A DNA stretch of 64,000 nt from Mycoplasma sp. CAG:776 (lineage in GTDB: Bacteria; Bacillota_I; Bacilli_A; RF39; UBA660), in contig FR903053.1 of the NCBI GenBank assembly GCA_000438195.1, forward strand, positions 5,757 to 69,756, read 5' to 3'. A program made the position numbers and the translations under genes. This document shows, piece after piece, positions 9,059 through 17,260 of the stretch. The notes under the pieces were generated by a model. The model was not told the DNA's origin, did no database searches, and saw only the letters and a list, made by a program, of their open reading frames with translations. The first letter of the stretch is position 1, and the number at the start of each line of letters is the position of its first letter.

Positions 9059-9780
9059 GAATGTTAAATTTTGCAAATCGTAATTTAAAAGAAATTATCC
9101 GTGATCCTTTAAGTATTATTTTTGCTATATTATTACCTTTATTTTTATTGCTTATTTTTCAACAGTTTGAGATTCCAAATGAAGTTTATCAAATTGAAAA
9201 TTTTACACCAGGTATTGTTGTTTTTAGTTTTTCTTTTATTACTCTATTTACTGCGATGTTAGTGGCTAAAGATCGTGGTACTTCTTTATTAACAAGATTA
9301 GGAATTAGTCCAATGAGACCAATAGAATATGTACTTGGTTATATTTTGGCAGTATTACCTATTATTATTTTACAAAATATTTTGTTTTTTGTAGTAGCTA
9401 TTTGTTTAGGATTACATTTTAATATGCAAGTTATCTATACTATTTTGGCTTCTATTCCTCTTTCTGTACTATTTATTAGTTTAGGAATATTGATTGGTTC
9501 TTTTACTACAGAAAAATCAGCTTCGGGAGTTTCTAGTATTGTTGTACAATTAGTTGCTTTTACAAGTGGTATGTATTTTTCGGTAGATATGATTGGAAAG
9601 TTTTTTGCCTTTATTTGTAACTTTCTTCCTTTTTATCATTGCGTTTATTTATTACAAGGTCTTTTAAATCATCATTATCAAGGCTTATTAGATGCTAGTA
9701 TTGTCGTTATTTTATATACTTTTATTGCTCTTGGAATAGCAGTTATTGTGTTTCAAAGAAAAATGATTGATCATAAATAA
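9055..9780 (+). CDS. ABC-2 type transporter permease
   Basis: 6 TM helices; ATGA start/stop overlap with the ATPase gene. Confidence 0.8.
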   Translation: MRMLNFANRNLKEIIRDPLSIIFAILLPLFLLLIFQQFEIPNEVYQIENFTPGIVVFSFSFITLFTAMLVAKDRGTSLLTRLGISPMRPIEYVLGYILAVLPIIILQNILFFVVAICLGLHFNMQVIYTILASIPLSVLFISLGILIGSFTTEKSASGVSSIVVQLVAFTSGMYFSVDMIGKFFAFICNFLPFYHCVYLLQGLLNHHYQGLLDASIVVILYTFIALGIAVIVFQRKMIDHK

Positions 9781-9860
9781 CTATAAAATTTCTTTAAATA
9801 ATTTTTTCTTTATTAGATAATCTTTCGATGATATAATGTATTCTATGGTTAGGTGAGGTT

Positions 9861-10532
9861 ATGAAACAAATTTTGATTATTGAAGATGATACGGATATTA
9901 ATATGATGTTACAGAAATTACTTTCTTTTCATGGATATGAAGTGGTTAGTGCTTATTCTGGTACAGAGGGAATTTTATTGCATAATGAAAAAATTGATTT
10001 AATTCTTTTGGATTTAATGTTACCTGGAAAAAATGGGGAAGATATTGTCCATGATTTACAAGCTAAGAAAATAGTTCCTATTATTGTTATGTCAGCGATT
10101 CATGATATTGAAAAGAAATTGGATTTATTTGAATTAGGAGTAGATGATTATATTACCAAACCATTTAATCAAGAGGAATTATTAGCGAGAATTAAAGTAC
10201 ATTTACGAAATAAAAAAGTATCTTCTTTAAAAAAGGTGCTTACTTTTAAAGATTTAGAAGTCAATTTAGAGAATTTTACTATTCAATGTCATCATAAAGA
10301 TATTATATTGCCTAAAACAGAGTTTGAAATTTTAAGATTTTTAATGGAAAGACCAAATCAAGTTCATACTAAAAGTTCTTTGATAGAACAAGTATGGAAT
10401 GGAGAAGATTCGGCAGATGATAATACTCTTAATGTTCATATTAGTAGAATCCGTTCTAAATTAAAAGAGGCTAATCCTAACGAAGAATATATTGAAACTG
10501 TGTGGAAGATTGGCTATAAAATGAAAATTTAA
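9861..10532 (+). CDS. OmpR/PhoB-family response regulator
   Basis: Receiver domain (IEDD...DLILLDLMLPG...K) plus winged-helix C-terminus (TLNVHISRIRSKL, WKIGYK). Confidence 0.9.
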   Translation: MKQILIIEDDTDINMMLQKLLSFHGYEVVSAYSGTEGILLHNEKIDLILLDLMLPGKNGEDIVHDLQAKKIVPIIVMSAIHDIEKKLDLFELGVDDYITKPFNQEELLARIKVHLRNKKVSSLKKVLTFKDLEVNLENFTIQCHHKDIILPKTEFEILRFLMERPNQVHTKSSLIEQVWNGEDSADDNTLNVHISRIRSKLKEANPNEEYIETVWKIGYKMKI

Positions 10533-10546
10533 GAAAAATTTAAGAA
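10525..10546 (+). repeat. Perfect 2 x 11-bp tandem direct repeat AAATTTAAGAA (candidate response-regulator box)
   Basis: Read directly; overlaps the response-regulator stop codon and sits ~60 nt upstream of the ABC ATPase start. Confidence 0.5.
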
Positions 10547-10548
10547 TT

Positions 10549-10576
10549 GTGTTAATTGTTTTTTAACACTTTTTTT
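10549..10576 (+). terminator. Rho-independent terminator between the response regulator and ABC genes
   Basis: GTGTTAA-7 nt-TTAACAC stem-loop followed by T7. Confidence 0.65.
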
Positions 10577-10605
10577 GTAAACTTTATTTGTGGAGGAATT
10601 TTATT

Positions 10606-11520
10606 ATGGAAGAAATGATATTAAAAACTCAAAATTTAGGGAAAAAATATAAAAATTTTGTTGCTTTGGAAGATGTAAATATTACTATTCGTAAGGGTGA
10701 TATTTGTGGTCTTATTGGAAGAAATGGAGCTGGTAAGACTACTCTTATGAAAATTATTACGACTCTTACTAGAAAAAGCGAAGGATCTTTTTCATTATTT
10801 GGGGTTAGTGATGATGAATTACAAAATGCTAAAAGGAGAATCGGTTCATTAATTGAAAATCCGGCTTTTTTTGGAAATTTGACCGCTTATGAAAATTTAA
10901 AGTATTATGCTATTCAAAAAGGAATTGTTGATTTTAAACAAATTTTTGAAGCTTTGAAACTTGTGGATTTAGATCATGTACGCTCTAAAAAATATAAAAC
11001 TTTTTCATTAGGAATGAAGCAAAGATTAGGTATTGCTTTAGCTATTTTAGATAATCCTGATTTTCTTATTTTGGATGAGCCAATTAACGGACTTGATCCC
11101 ATGGGTATTAAAAGTCTTCGGGAAACATTTAAAAAGTTAAATGAAGAAAGAAATATTACGATTTTGATTTCTAGCCATATTTTATCTGAATTGTATTTGT
11201 TAGCCAATCGTTTTTGTTTTATTGATCAAGGTAGAGTAATTAAAGAAATTTCAAAAGAAGAGTTGGATTTAGAATTAAGTAAATGCATTGTTTTGCAAGT
11301 TTTAGATGTTAAAAAAGCTGTAGTTGTAATTGAAAAGGAACTTAAAACAATAAATTATAAAGTTATTAATGAACATGAAATACGTTTATATGATTATATT
11401 GAAGAACCAACGAAAGTAAATAAAATATTAGCAAATCATGATATTGATATTATGAGTTTATATGAATCTGGTATTTCTTTAGAAGAATATTTTGAAACTT
11501 TAATTAAGGAGGTAAAATAG
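10606..11520 (+). CDS. ABC transporter ATP-binding protein (bacitracin/lantibiotic-immunity-like)
   Basis: Walker A GRNGAGKTT, signature SLGMKQRL, Walker B FLILDEPI; ATG 10606 is 9 nt after GGAGG. Confidence 0.9.
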   Translation: MEEMILKTQNLGKKYKNFVALEDVNITIRKGDICGLIGRNGAGKTTLMKIITTLTRKSEGSFSLFGVSDDELQNAKRRIGSLIENPAFFGNLTAYENLKYYAIQKGIVDFKQIFEALKLVDLDHVRSKKYKTFSLGMKQRLGIALAILDNPDFLILDEPINGLDPMGIKSLRETFKKLNEERNITILISSHILSELYLLANRFCFIDQGRVIKEISKEELDLELSKCIVLQVLDVKKAVVVIEKELKTINYKVINEHEIRLYDYIEEPTKVNKILANHDIDIMSLYESGISLEEYFETLIKEVK

Positions 11521-11522
11521 TT

Positions 11523-12365
11523 ATGATGAATTTAATTAAAGCTGATTTATATCGAATTTTTAAAGGAAAAGCTATTTATATTGTTTTTATCGTTATGATT
11601 ATATTGTTAGGATTTAGTTGTTTTGCTATGATGCCTAGTCGTGTTGGAATTGCAAGTGCTCCAGATACAACTATTTCGGGTAGTGTTACAGAAGAGTATT
11701 TGGATGAATTAATGGAAACAGATTCTTTACTTACGACTAGAGAAATTATGTTAAAATCTGAAGGATTTGATCTTGATCAAGCTGTTATTGGTACAAATGT
11801 AAATTTATATTATTTTTTCATTGTAATATTAGTTGTAATATTAGTTGGTGATTTATCTACTTCAACAGCAAAAAATACTTTATCATCTGCTGTTTCACGA
11901 AAAAAGTATTATTTAGCTAAATTGATTACTGTTCTTGAAGTGTGTACACTTTTGGTTTTTATCAATAATTATGCAGCATATTTTATTAATTTGATCATGA
12001 ATGGTAGTAAATTTTCATCTGGATTGGGAGAGATTACAAAAACTACTTTTCTACAATTACCTATTATATATGGTATAATAAGTTTGTTAGTTTGTTTTGG
12101 CTTTTGTTTTCGAAAAACAGCATCTTTTAATGGAATTGCTATTCCTTTTATGATGATTATTCAATTAATTTTAATGGGTGTAGCTAGCTTATTTCATTTA
12201 GATGTAAATCAAATATTAAATTACGAATTTCAATATATTGTTGCTAATTTGGCAAGTAATCCATCTATAAGTTACATTGCTAGTAGTATTTTACTTGGAG
12301 TATTTTATATTGTTGTATTTAATTTTATTGGGTATTCGGTGTTTAAAAAAGTAGAGATTAAGTAA
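11523..12365 (+). CDS. ABC-2 family permease
   Basis: About 6 TM helices with a large first extracytoplasmic loop; 2 nt after the ATPase stop. Confidence 0.7.
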   Translation: MMNLIKADLYRIFKGKAIYIVFIVMIILLGFSCFAMMPSRVGIASAPDTTISGSVTEEYLDELMETDSLLTTREIMLKSEGFDLDQAVIGTNVNLYYFFIVILVVILVGDLSTSTAKNTLSSAVSRKKYYLAKLITVLEVCTLLVFINNYAAYFINLIMNGSKFSSGLGEITKTTFLQLPIIYGIISLLVCFGFCFRKTASFNGIAIPFMMIIQLILMGVASLFHLDVNQILNYEFQYIVANLASNPSISYIASSILLGVFYIVVFNFIGYSVFKKVEIK

Positions 12366-12378
12366 AGGTAGGGATAGT

Positions 12379-13272
12379 ATGAAGTATATTATAATAATAT
12401 TTATTATTGTTTTATTTTTTTTACTATGCTATCTTTTTTTGCTAAAAAAAGAATTAAAAAGAATTCGTGAAGAAATAAATTTTATACGTACAAATCCTAC
12501 GAATCATTTACTACATTCTGAATTATCTAATAAAGAAATAGAAAAGATGATTGGGGAAATTAACAATCTTTTTAAAGGTATTGCAGAAAAAGAAAGAAAA
12601 ATGGAAGGTCAAAATCAGCGTTTTATGAAAATGATGCGAAATATTTCTCATGATCTTCGAACACCTCTTACTTCTGCTTCTGGATATGTAGATTTGATTT
12701 TGAATCATGATTTGTCTTTAGAAGAAACAAAGAAAGAATTAATCGTTGTTCAAAAAAGATTGGATCGTCTAATAGAACTTGTTGATTCTTTTTTTGAATT
12801 TTCTAAAATTTTGACATCTTCAAATGAAGTTTCGTTTACTAAAATAAATATTATCGGTGTTATTGAAGAATGTGTAGGATCTTTTTATGAAGATTATACT
12901 AAAGAAGGAAGAGGAATTGATTTTGTCACTTCTACTCATAAATTAGAATTACTTACTAATATGGTAATGTTAAGGAGAATTATTGAAAATTTGATTGGAA
13001 ATGCTTTAAAGCATGGTATTGGAGATTTGAAGATTGAGGTTAAAGAATCTAAAAATATAGAAATTTGTTTTTCTAATCAAATTGATGATGTCGATTTAGA
13101 TGTCCATAAAATGTTTGATGAATTTTATACGACCGATATGTCTCGAACAAAAGGTTCTACAGGATTAGGACTTTTTATTGCTAAGGAATTTACTACTCAA
13201 CTTGGAGGAAAGATATGGGCTTTAAAAGAACAAAATCGAATTAATATAGTAATTTTATTTGAAAATAATTAA
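12379..13272 (+). CDS. Sensor histidine kinase with a single N-terminal TM helix and no sensing domain
   Basis: H-box SHDLRTPLT, N-box GNALKHG, G-box GSTGLGL; only one TM (IIIIFIIVLFFLLCYLFLL) before the HisKA domain. Confidence 0.85.
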   Translation: MKYIIIIFIIVLFFLLCYLFLLKKELKRIREEINFIRTNPTNHLLHSELSNKEIEKMIGEINNLFKGIAEKERKMEGQNQRFMKMMRNISHDLRTPLTSASGYVDLILNHDLSLEETKKELIVVQKRLDRLIELVDSFFEFSKILTSSNEVSFTKINIIGVIEECVGSFYEDYTKEGRGIDFVTSTHKLELLTNMVMLRRIIENLIGNALKHGIGDLKIEVKESKNIEICFSNQIDDVDLDVHKMFDEFYTTDMSRTKGSTGLGLFIAKEFTTQLGGKIWALKEQNRINIVILFENN

Positions 13273-14075
13273 TTATCTTTAACTTTAATGGTAATTTTAG
13301 TAATGTAGTCATTTGGGGGACATATAATAAAATCATTTAATCCTATTTCATATACATTTCCCGTTAATGTAATATTTTTTTTTTGGGTGTATTCTATAAT
13401 TTTATTATAGAATTTTGGTAAGTCTGTCCACGATCCTTTGTAATATGCACAAAGATATTTCCCTTTTTCTTTTACAAATAAGTTAGGAGATTTTTCAAAA
13501 GATTTGATACAGGTAAATATGCCATCATAATCATAATCTTGGTGTAATATTTTATTCCAATCAATAAAACTTCCATAACCTAAGATTTGCTTTTTGGTAT
13601 TTGCTGTTTTTTGTAAATAATTGTATATGTCTTCTAAGGAATAATTTGTCATGTTGGAATTTGCTATTAATAAGTATTCTTCTTCACATTCTTTTATTTC
13701 TATAGTTGAATTTGTTATGTTTGAGCATTCAGTAAGAATGTTTTTTTTGTATTTTAATTCTTCCTTTATTTTTTGTAATCGTTTTATTTCGTTATTAATT
13801 TCTGGAATTTTCTTTTGAGTTAATTTTTGAAAGTTATCGGAAGTAGGTAATTTTATATATTTTTTAATTTCTTTAATACTCATTCCTAATTCTCTTAACA
13901 TTAAAATGTAATTTAATTCTAAAATTTGATTCCAATTATAATAGCGGTAATTATTTTGGCCTTTTGTAATAGGAGAAAATAATCCAATGTTATCATAATA
14001 TTGCAGAGTCCTTTTATTTATGTTATTTAATTTCGCAAATTCAGCGATTGTAAATTTGATTTGTTTTTTTGACAT
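13269..14075 (-). CDS. MerR-family regulator with GyrI-like effector-binding domain (BmrR/TipA-like)
   Basis: MerR HTH FTIAEFAKLNNINKRTLQYYDNIGL. ATG at 14075 follows GGAGGTCA; the listed longer ORF runs through promoter DNA. Confidence 0.8.
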   Translation of the reverse strand: MSKKQIKFTIAEFAKLNNINKRTLQYYDNIGLFSPITKGQNNYRYYNWNQILELNYILMLRELGMSIKEIKKYIKLPTSDNFQKLTQKKIPEINNEIKRLQKIKEELKYKKNILTECSNITNSTIEIKECEEEYLLIANSNMTNYSLEDIYNYLQKTANTKKQILGYGSFIDWNKILHQDYDYDGIFTCIKSFEKSPNLFVKEKGKYLCAYYKGSWTDLPKFYNKIIEYTQKKNITLTGNVYEIGLNDFIICPPNDYITKITIKVKDN

Positions 14076-14092
14076 TTTCTTGACCTCCACTA

Positions 14093-14123
14093 TTGACTTT
14101 ACAGTAACTGTATAGTTTAGAAT
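14093..14123 (+). promoter_or_regulatory. MerR-type promoter: TTGACT - 19 nt spacer containing palindrome TACAGTAACTGTA - TAGAAT
   Basis: -35 at 14093-14098, -10 at 14118-14123, dyad at 14100-14112; divergent from the MerR gene and upstream of the GNAT gene. Confidence 0.7.
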
Positions 14124-14168
14124 GCTATTATATAATAATTTTTTTTTGAAATCAATGGGAGGGATAAG

Positions 14169-14813
14169 ATGAAAAAGGAAAAAGTTATTTTTAGAGAATA
14201 TCGAAAGGAAGATCGAGAAGAATTGGAAAATATTATTCGGGAAACGTGGAATTATGATCAATTTTGTAGTTCTAAAGTTGCTCGAAAAATGGCTAGAACT
14301 TATTTGGCTAATTGTTTAGCTAATCAAACTTTTACTCAAGTGGCTGTTATCAATAATCGTCCGGTAGGAATTATTTTAGGGAAAAAAATATTGCATTTTA
14401 AATGCCCATTAAAATTTAGGGTAAAACAAATTTTATCTATTTTATCAATTTATTTATCAAAAGAAGGTAGAAAGATAATTAAAATTTTTGGACATATTGA
14501 TCGCATTGATGAAGAACTGTTATATCATACTAATAAAAATTATGAAGGTGAAATAGCTTTATTTGTAGTCAATTCTAAATGTCGGGGACTGGGGATAGGG
14601 AAAAGTTTATTTTTTTCATTAAAATCTTATATGGAAAGAGAAAAAATTAAAAATTTTTTTCTTTATACAGATACTAGTTGTAATTATGGTTTTTATGAAC
14701 ACTATAATATGATAAAAAAAGGAGAAATGTCTTATCAATTTCAGGTACAAAATCAAATGGTAGAAATGATTTTCTTTATTTATGAATATTCTTTTGTGAA
14801 CATTTGTAAATGA
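14169..14813 (+). CDS. GNAT-family N-acetyltransferase (3' end apparently clipped by an IS)
   Basis: CRGLGIGKSLF acetyl-CoA motif; the TGA stop is the first 3 nt of the IS terminal repeat. Confidence 0.75.
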   Translation: MKKEKVIFREYRKEDREELENIIRETWNYDQFCSSKVARKMARTYLANCLANQTFTQVAVINNRPVGIILGKKILHFKCPLKFRVKQILSILSIYLSKEGRKIIKIFGHIDRIDEELLYHTNKNYEGEIALFVVNSKCRGLGIGKSLFFSLKSYMEREKIKNFFLYTDTSCNYGFYEHYNMIKKGEMSYQFQVQNQMVEMIFFIYEYSFVNICK

Positions 14814-15911
14814 TGCGAAACCAAATATAAGTAGAAATGACTCAATTAGATAGTTGAGTTATTTTTGTTGTTAAAAGTAAAAATATTCTTTGTTCTTTTG
14901 GTGTTTTGTAATTCAATACTGCCATAGGGATGTTGTTTGATCTTTTTAAATATAATCTAGCTTGATATCTTAAACCTTCTAAAGAATAGAATTTAAGAGT
15001 ATTATAAAATCTTTCATCATTTCTATGACTTCTTTGTACTTTACCATTATGTCTGGGTGTTCTAGATTTGATTTTATGATGATAAATATCTTCTTCTATG
15101 CATAACTTATTTAAAGAATGTATTTTTTTAATTTTTTCTTTATTCCAAGTAAATTTAATTCCATTATCCGTTTGAATCTCTTTAGATTTATATTCATAAA
15201 ATAAAAAACAACGATGAACAAAGTCTACTGTATCCATAGAAGTATGAGAATCATAATGACAAATAAATCTTTCACGAGAAGCTTCATCTATGCAAGTGTA
15301 TTGATAAAACTTTTGATCTTCTGGTAAATGATCACATTTACATTTATCAGGAACATATTTCACATCAATTTACCATTTAATACCAAGTTCTTTTGGAGTG
15401 TCATAGTGTTTTGGAGTATATTTTGAAGTATTTTTAATATTAATTTCGTTATAGTAACCAATTCTTTTTAAAACTCGATATAAACTACTAGGATGTCTAG
15501 AATATCTTTTATTAATCTTTAACTTATACCATAATTCACATAAAGTGATATGGGGATTTCTTCTAATATAATTATGAATCCATTTTAGTTCTATATCTTT
15601 ATGAGCATTAGGGTGTTTAGAATTAGGTTTATGAGATTTGTCAATTAAAGATTCTTTTGTTCCATCAAACTTTCTATTCCAACGAGATAAAGAAGTTTTA
15701 CTAATATGATATTTACGACAGACATAATTAGAAGAGTTGCCATTTTTATATGTACAAACGGCATAAAATTTTTTGTTCAAATCATGTGGCAAATATCTAA
15801 CGTTTTGTGATATACTATTCATAAGTGATTCAGTCCCTTCGTTAATTTTTTTTAGAGCAAATCAATTATACGACTTGAATCATTTTTCTTTTATCAAAAC
15901 GTTTCACATCA
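14811..15911 (-). mobile_element. IS481-like insertion sequence (~1.1 kb), degenerate
   Basis: Terminal inverted repeats TGATGCGAAAC (14811-14821) and GTTTCACATCA (15901-15911) match 10/11, plus a subterminal 10/12 match. TTGTAA lies 1 nt outside each end. Confidence 0.65.
14842..15822 (-). pseudogene. DDE (integrase-core, IS481-like) transposase with an in-frame TAA and an E-to-Q change in the catalytic NGKVER motif
   Basis: The two listed ORFs are in the same frame: ...ELGIKW-TAA-IDVKYVP... (TAA at 15370-15372). TDNG is present, and NGKVQRSH replaces the usual NGKVERSH. Confidence 0.75.
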
Positions 15912-16033
15912 ATTGTAACACTATACAGTTTAATTTAATTCATTCTTTGATAGTGTAGATTATTTTTTGCTTTAATGATATAGTTAGTACAACAAACAAA
16001 TCGTTAAATAGTAATTTTAGGAGTTGATTTAAA

Positions 16034-16729
16034 GTGAAAAAAAGGCCAGTAACAACTTTATTTATGTTAGAATCTCTTGACGGTAAGATCAGTAGTGGTA
16101 GTACTGATGAATTAGATGCCGACAAGGATTGGTGTCAAATTGATGGCGTTAAAGAAGGATTACACCAGTATTATGAAATAGAAGCTACAACTGATTATTT
16201 TTCATTAAATACTGGTAGAGTAATGGCTAAAATTGGTGTTAATGATAAGAAAGAATATCCTAAAAAAGTGGAAGTAAATTTTGTTATTGTTGATAATAAG
16301 CCACATTTGAATGAGAATGGAATAGATTATATATGCAACTGGGTAGAAAAATTAATATTAGTCACAACAAATAAAAGTCATATCGCGTATTCTTTAGTAG
16401 AAAGATACGATAATTTAGATATTTTATACTATGAAGAATTAGACTTAACAAGATTATTAGAAGATTTATCTAGTAAATATAATACTAAAAAATTAACAAT
16501 TCAATCTGGTGGAAGTCTTAACGGACTATTTTTACGAAATGATTTAATTGATTATGTAAATATAGTAATTGCTCCATTATTAGTTGGAGGTAAAGGTGTA
16601 TCTACTCTAATCGATGGAGAGGCAATTAGTTATTCAGGAGAATTAAATAAATTAAAGGCATTAGAACTTATTGAATGTAATCAATTAGATAACTCTTATG
16701 TTCAGTTAAAATACAAAGTGAAAAGATAA
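16034..16729 (+). CDS. RibD C-terminal-domain / dihydrofolate-reductase-like reductase
   Basis: LESLDGKISSG N-terminal motif and LTIQSGGSLNG...IAPLLVGG C-terminal motifs typical of RibD_C. Confidence 0.7.
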   Translation: MKKRPVTTLFMLESLDGKISSGSTDELDADKDWCQIDGVKEGLHQYYEIEATTDYFSLNTGRVMAKIGVNDKKEYPKKVEVNFVIVDNKPHLNENGIDYICNWVEKLILVTTNKSHIAYSLVERYDNLDILYYEELDLTRLLEDLSSKYNTKKLTIQSGGSLNGLFLRNDLIDYVNIVIAPLLVGGKGVSTLIDGEAISYSGELNKLKALELIECNQLDNSYVQLKYKVKR

Positions 16730-16999
16730 ATTATAATTTATCAAGCAGATTAGCAGAGCTTATAGAGTTGATAAGCATTTTTTATATCCAAAATAGAAAA
16801 GGGCGTAAAATTACAATAATATTGTTTCTTAATAATCATTTAAAATATTTTTAATTTGGTTAATTTGCTTAGTAATTAAATTAGAATAATCGTGATTCCG
16901 AGAAAATTCATTTGTCGTTTTAATAATGATAAATTTTTAATCATTTCAAATATTTTTGTATTCGGCTTTAAAATCTAAATAGTCTTAAATTCTAACATC

Positions 17000-17030
17000 A
17001 AAAAAGTTCTCTTTCCTAGAAAGAGAACTT
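17000..17030 (-). terminator. Terminator of tRNA-Gly
   Basis: AGTTCTCTTTC/GAAAGAGAACT 11-bp stem; a T-run follows on the minus strand. Confidence 0.65.
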
Positions 17031-17089
17031 ATAATATTATATAAAATAAAAACTCACGAACTTTTTACAGTCTGTAAGTTGTATTCAAA

Positions 17090-17164
17090 TGGAGCAAGTG
17101 AGCGGAATCGAACCGCCGTCTCAACCTTGGCAAGGTCGCATACTAACCGCTGTACTACACCTGC
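17090..17164 (-). tRNA. tRNA-Gly (anticodon GCC), CCA encoded
   Basis: Hand-folded cloverleaf: acceptor GCAGGTG/CACTTGC, D-arm GTAC/GTAT, anticodon stem CGACC/GGTTG with loop TTGCCAA, T-arm GGCGG-TTCGATT-CCGCT, discriminator U, CCA. Confidence 0.9.
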
Positions 17165-17174
17165 GTGCATAATT

Positions 17175-17203
17175 ATATTATCAAATTATACATTATATTG
17201 CAA
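17175..17203 (-). promoter_or_regulatory. Promoter candidate for tRNA-Gly
   Basis: On the minus strand: TTGCAA - 17 nt - TAATAT, ending 10 nt upstream of the tRNA 5' end. Confidence 0.5.
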
Positions 17204-17210
17204 GGAAAAA

Positions 17211-17239
17211 TTGCAAAATTTATAATTATATTATATAAT
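17211..17239 (+). promoter_or_regulatory. Promoter candidate for ltaS
   Basis: TTGCAA - 17 nt - TATAAT. Confidence 0.55.
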
Positions 17240-17260
17240 TATGACTGAAGAAGGGTGATT

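Noticed and set aside
13269-17164. Genomic island integrated at tRNA-Gly (MerR-GNAT-IS-reductase block)
   Set aside because: I looked for a direct repeat of the tRNA 3' end (…GAGCGGAATCGAACC…) to mark a distal att site, and for an integrase gene. I found neither, so only erosion next to the tRNA is reported.
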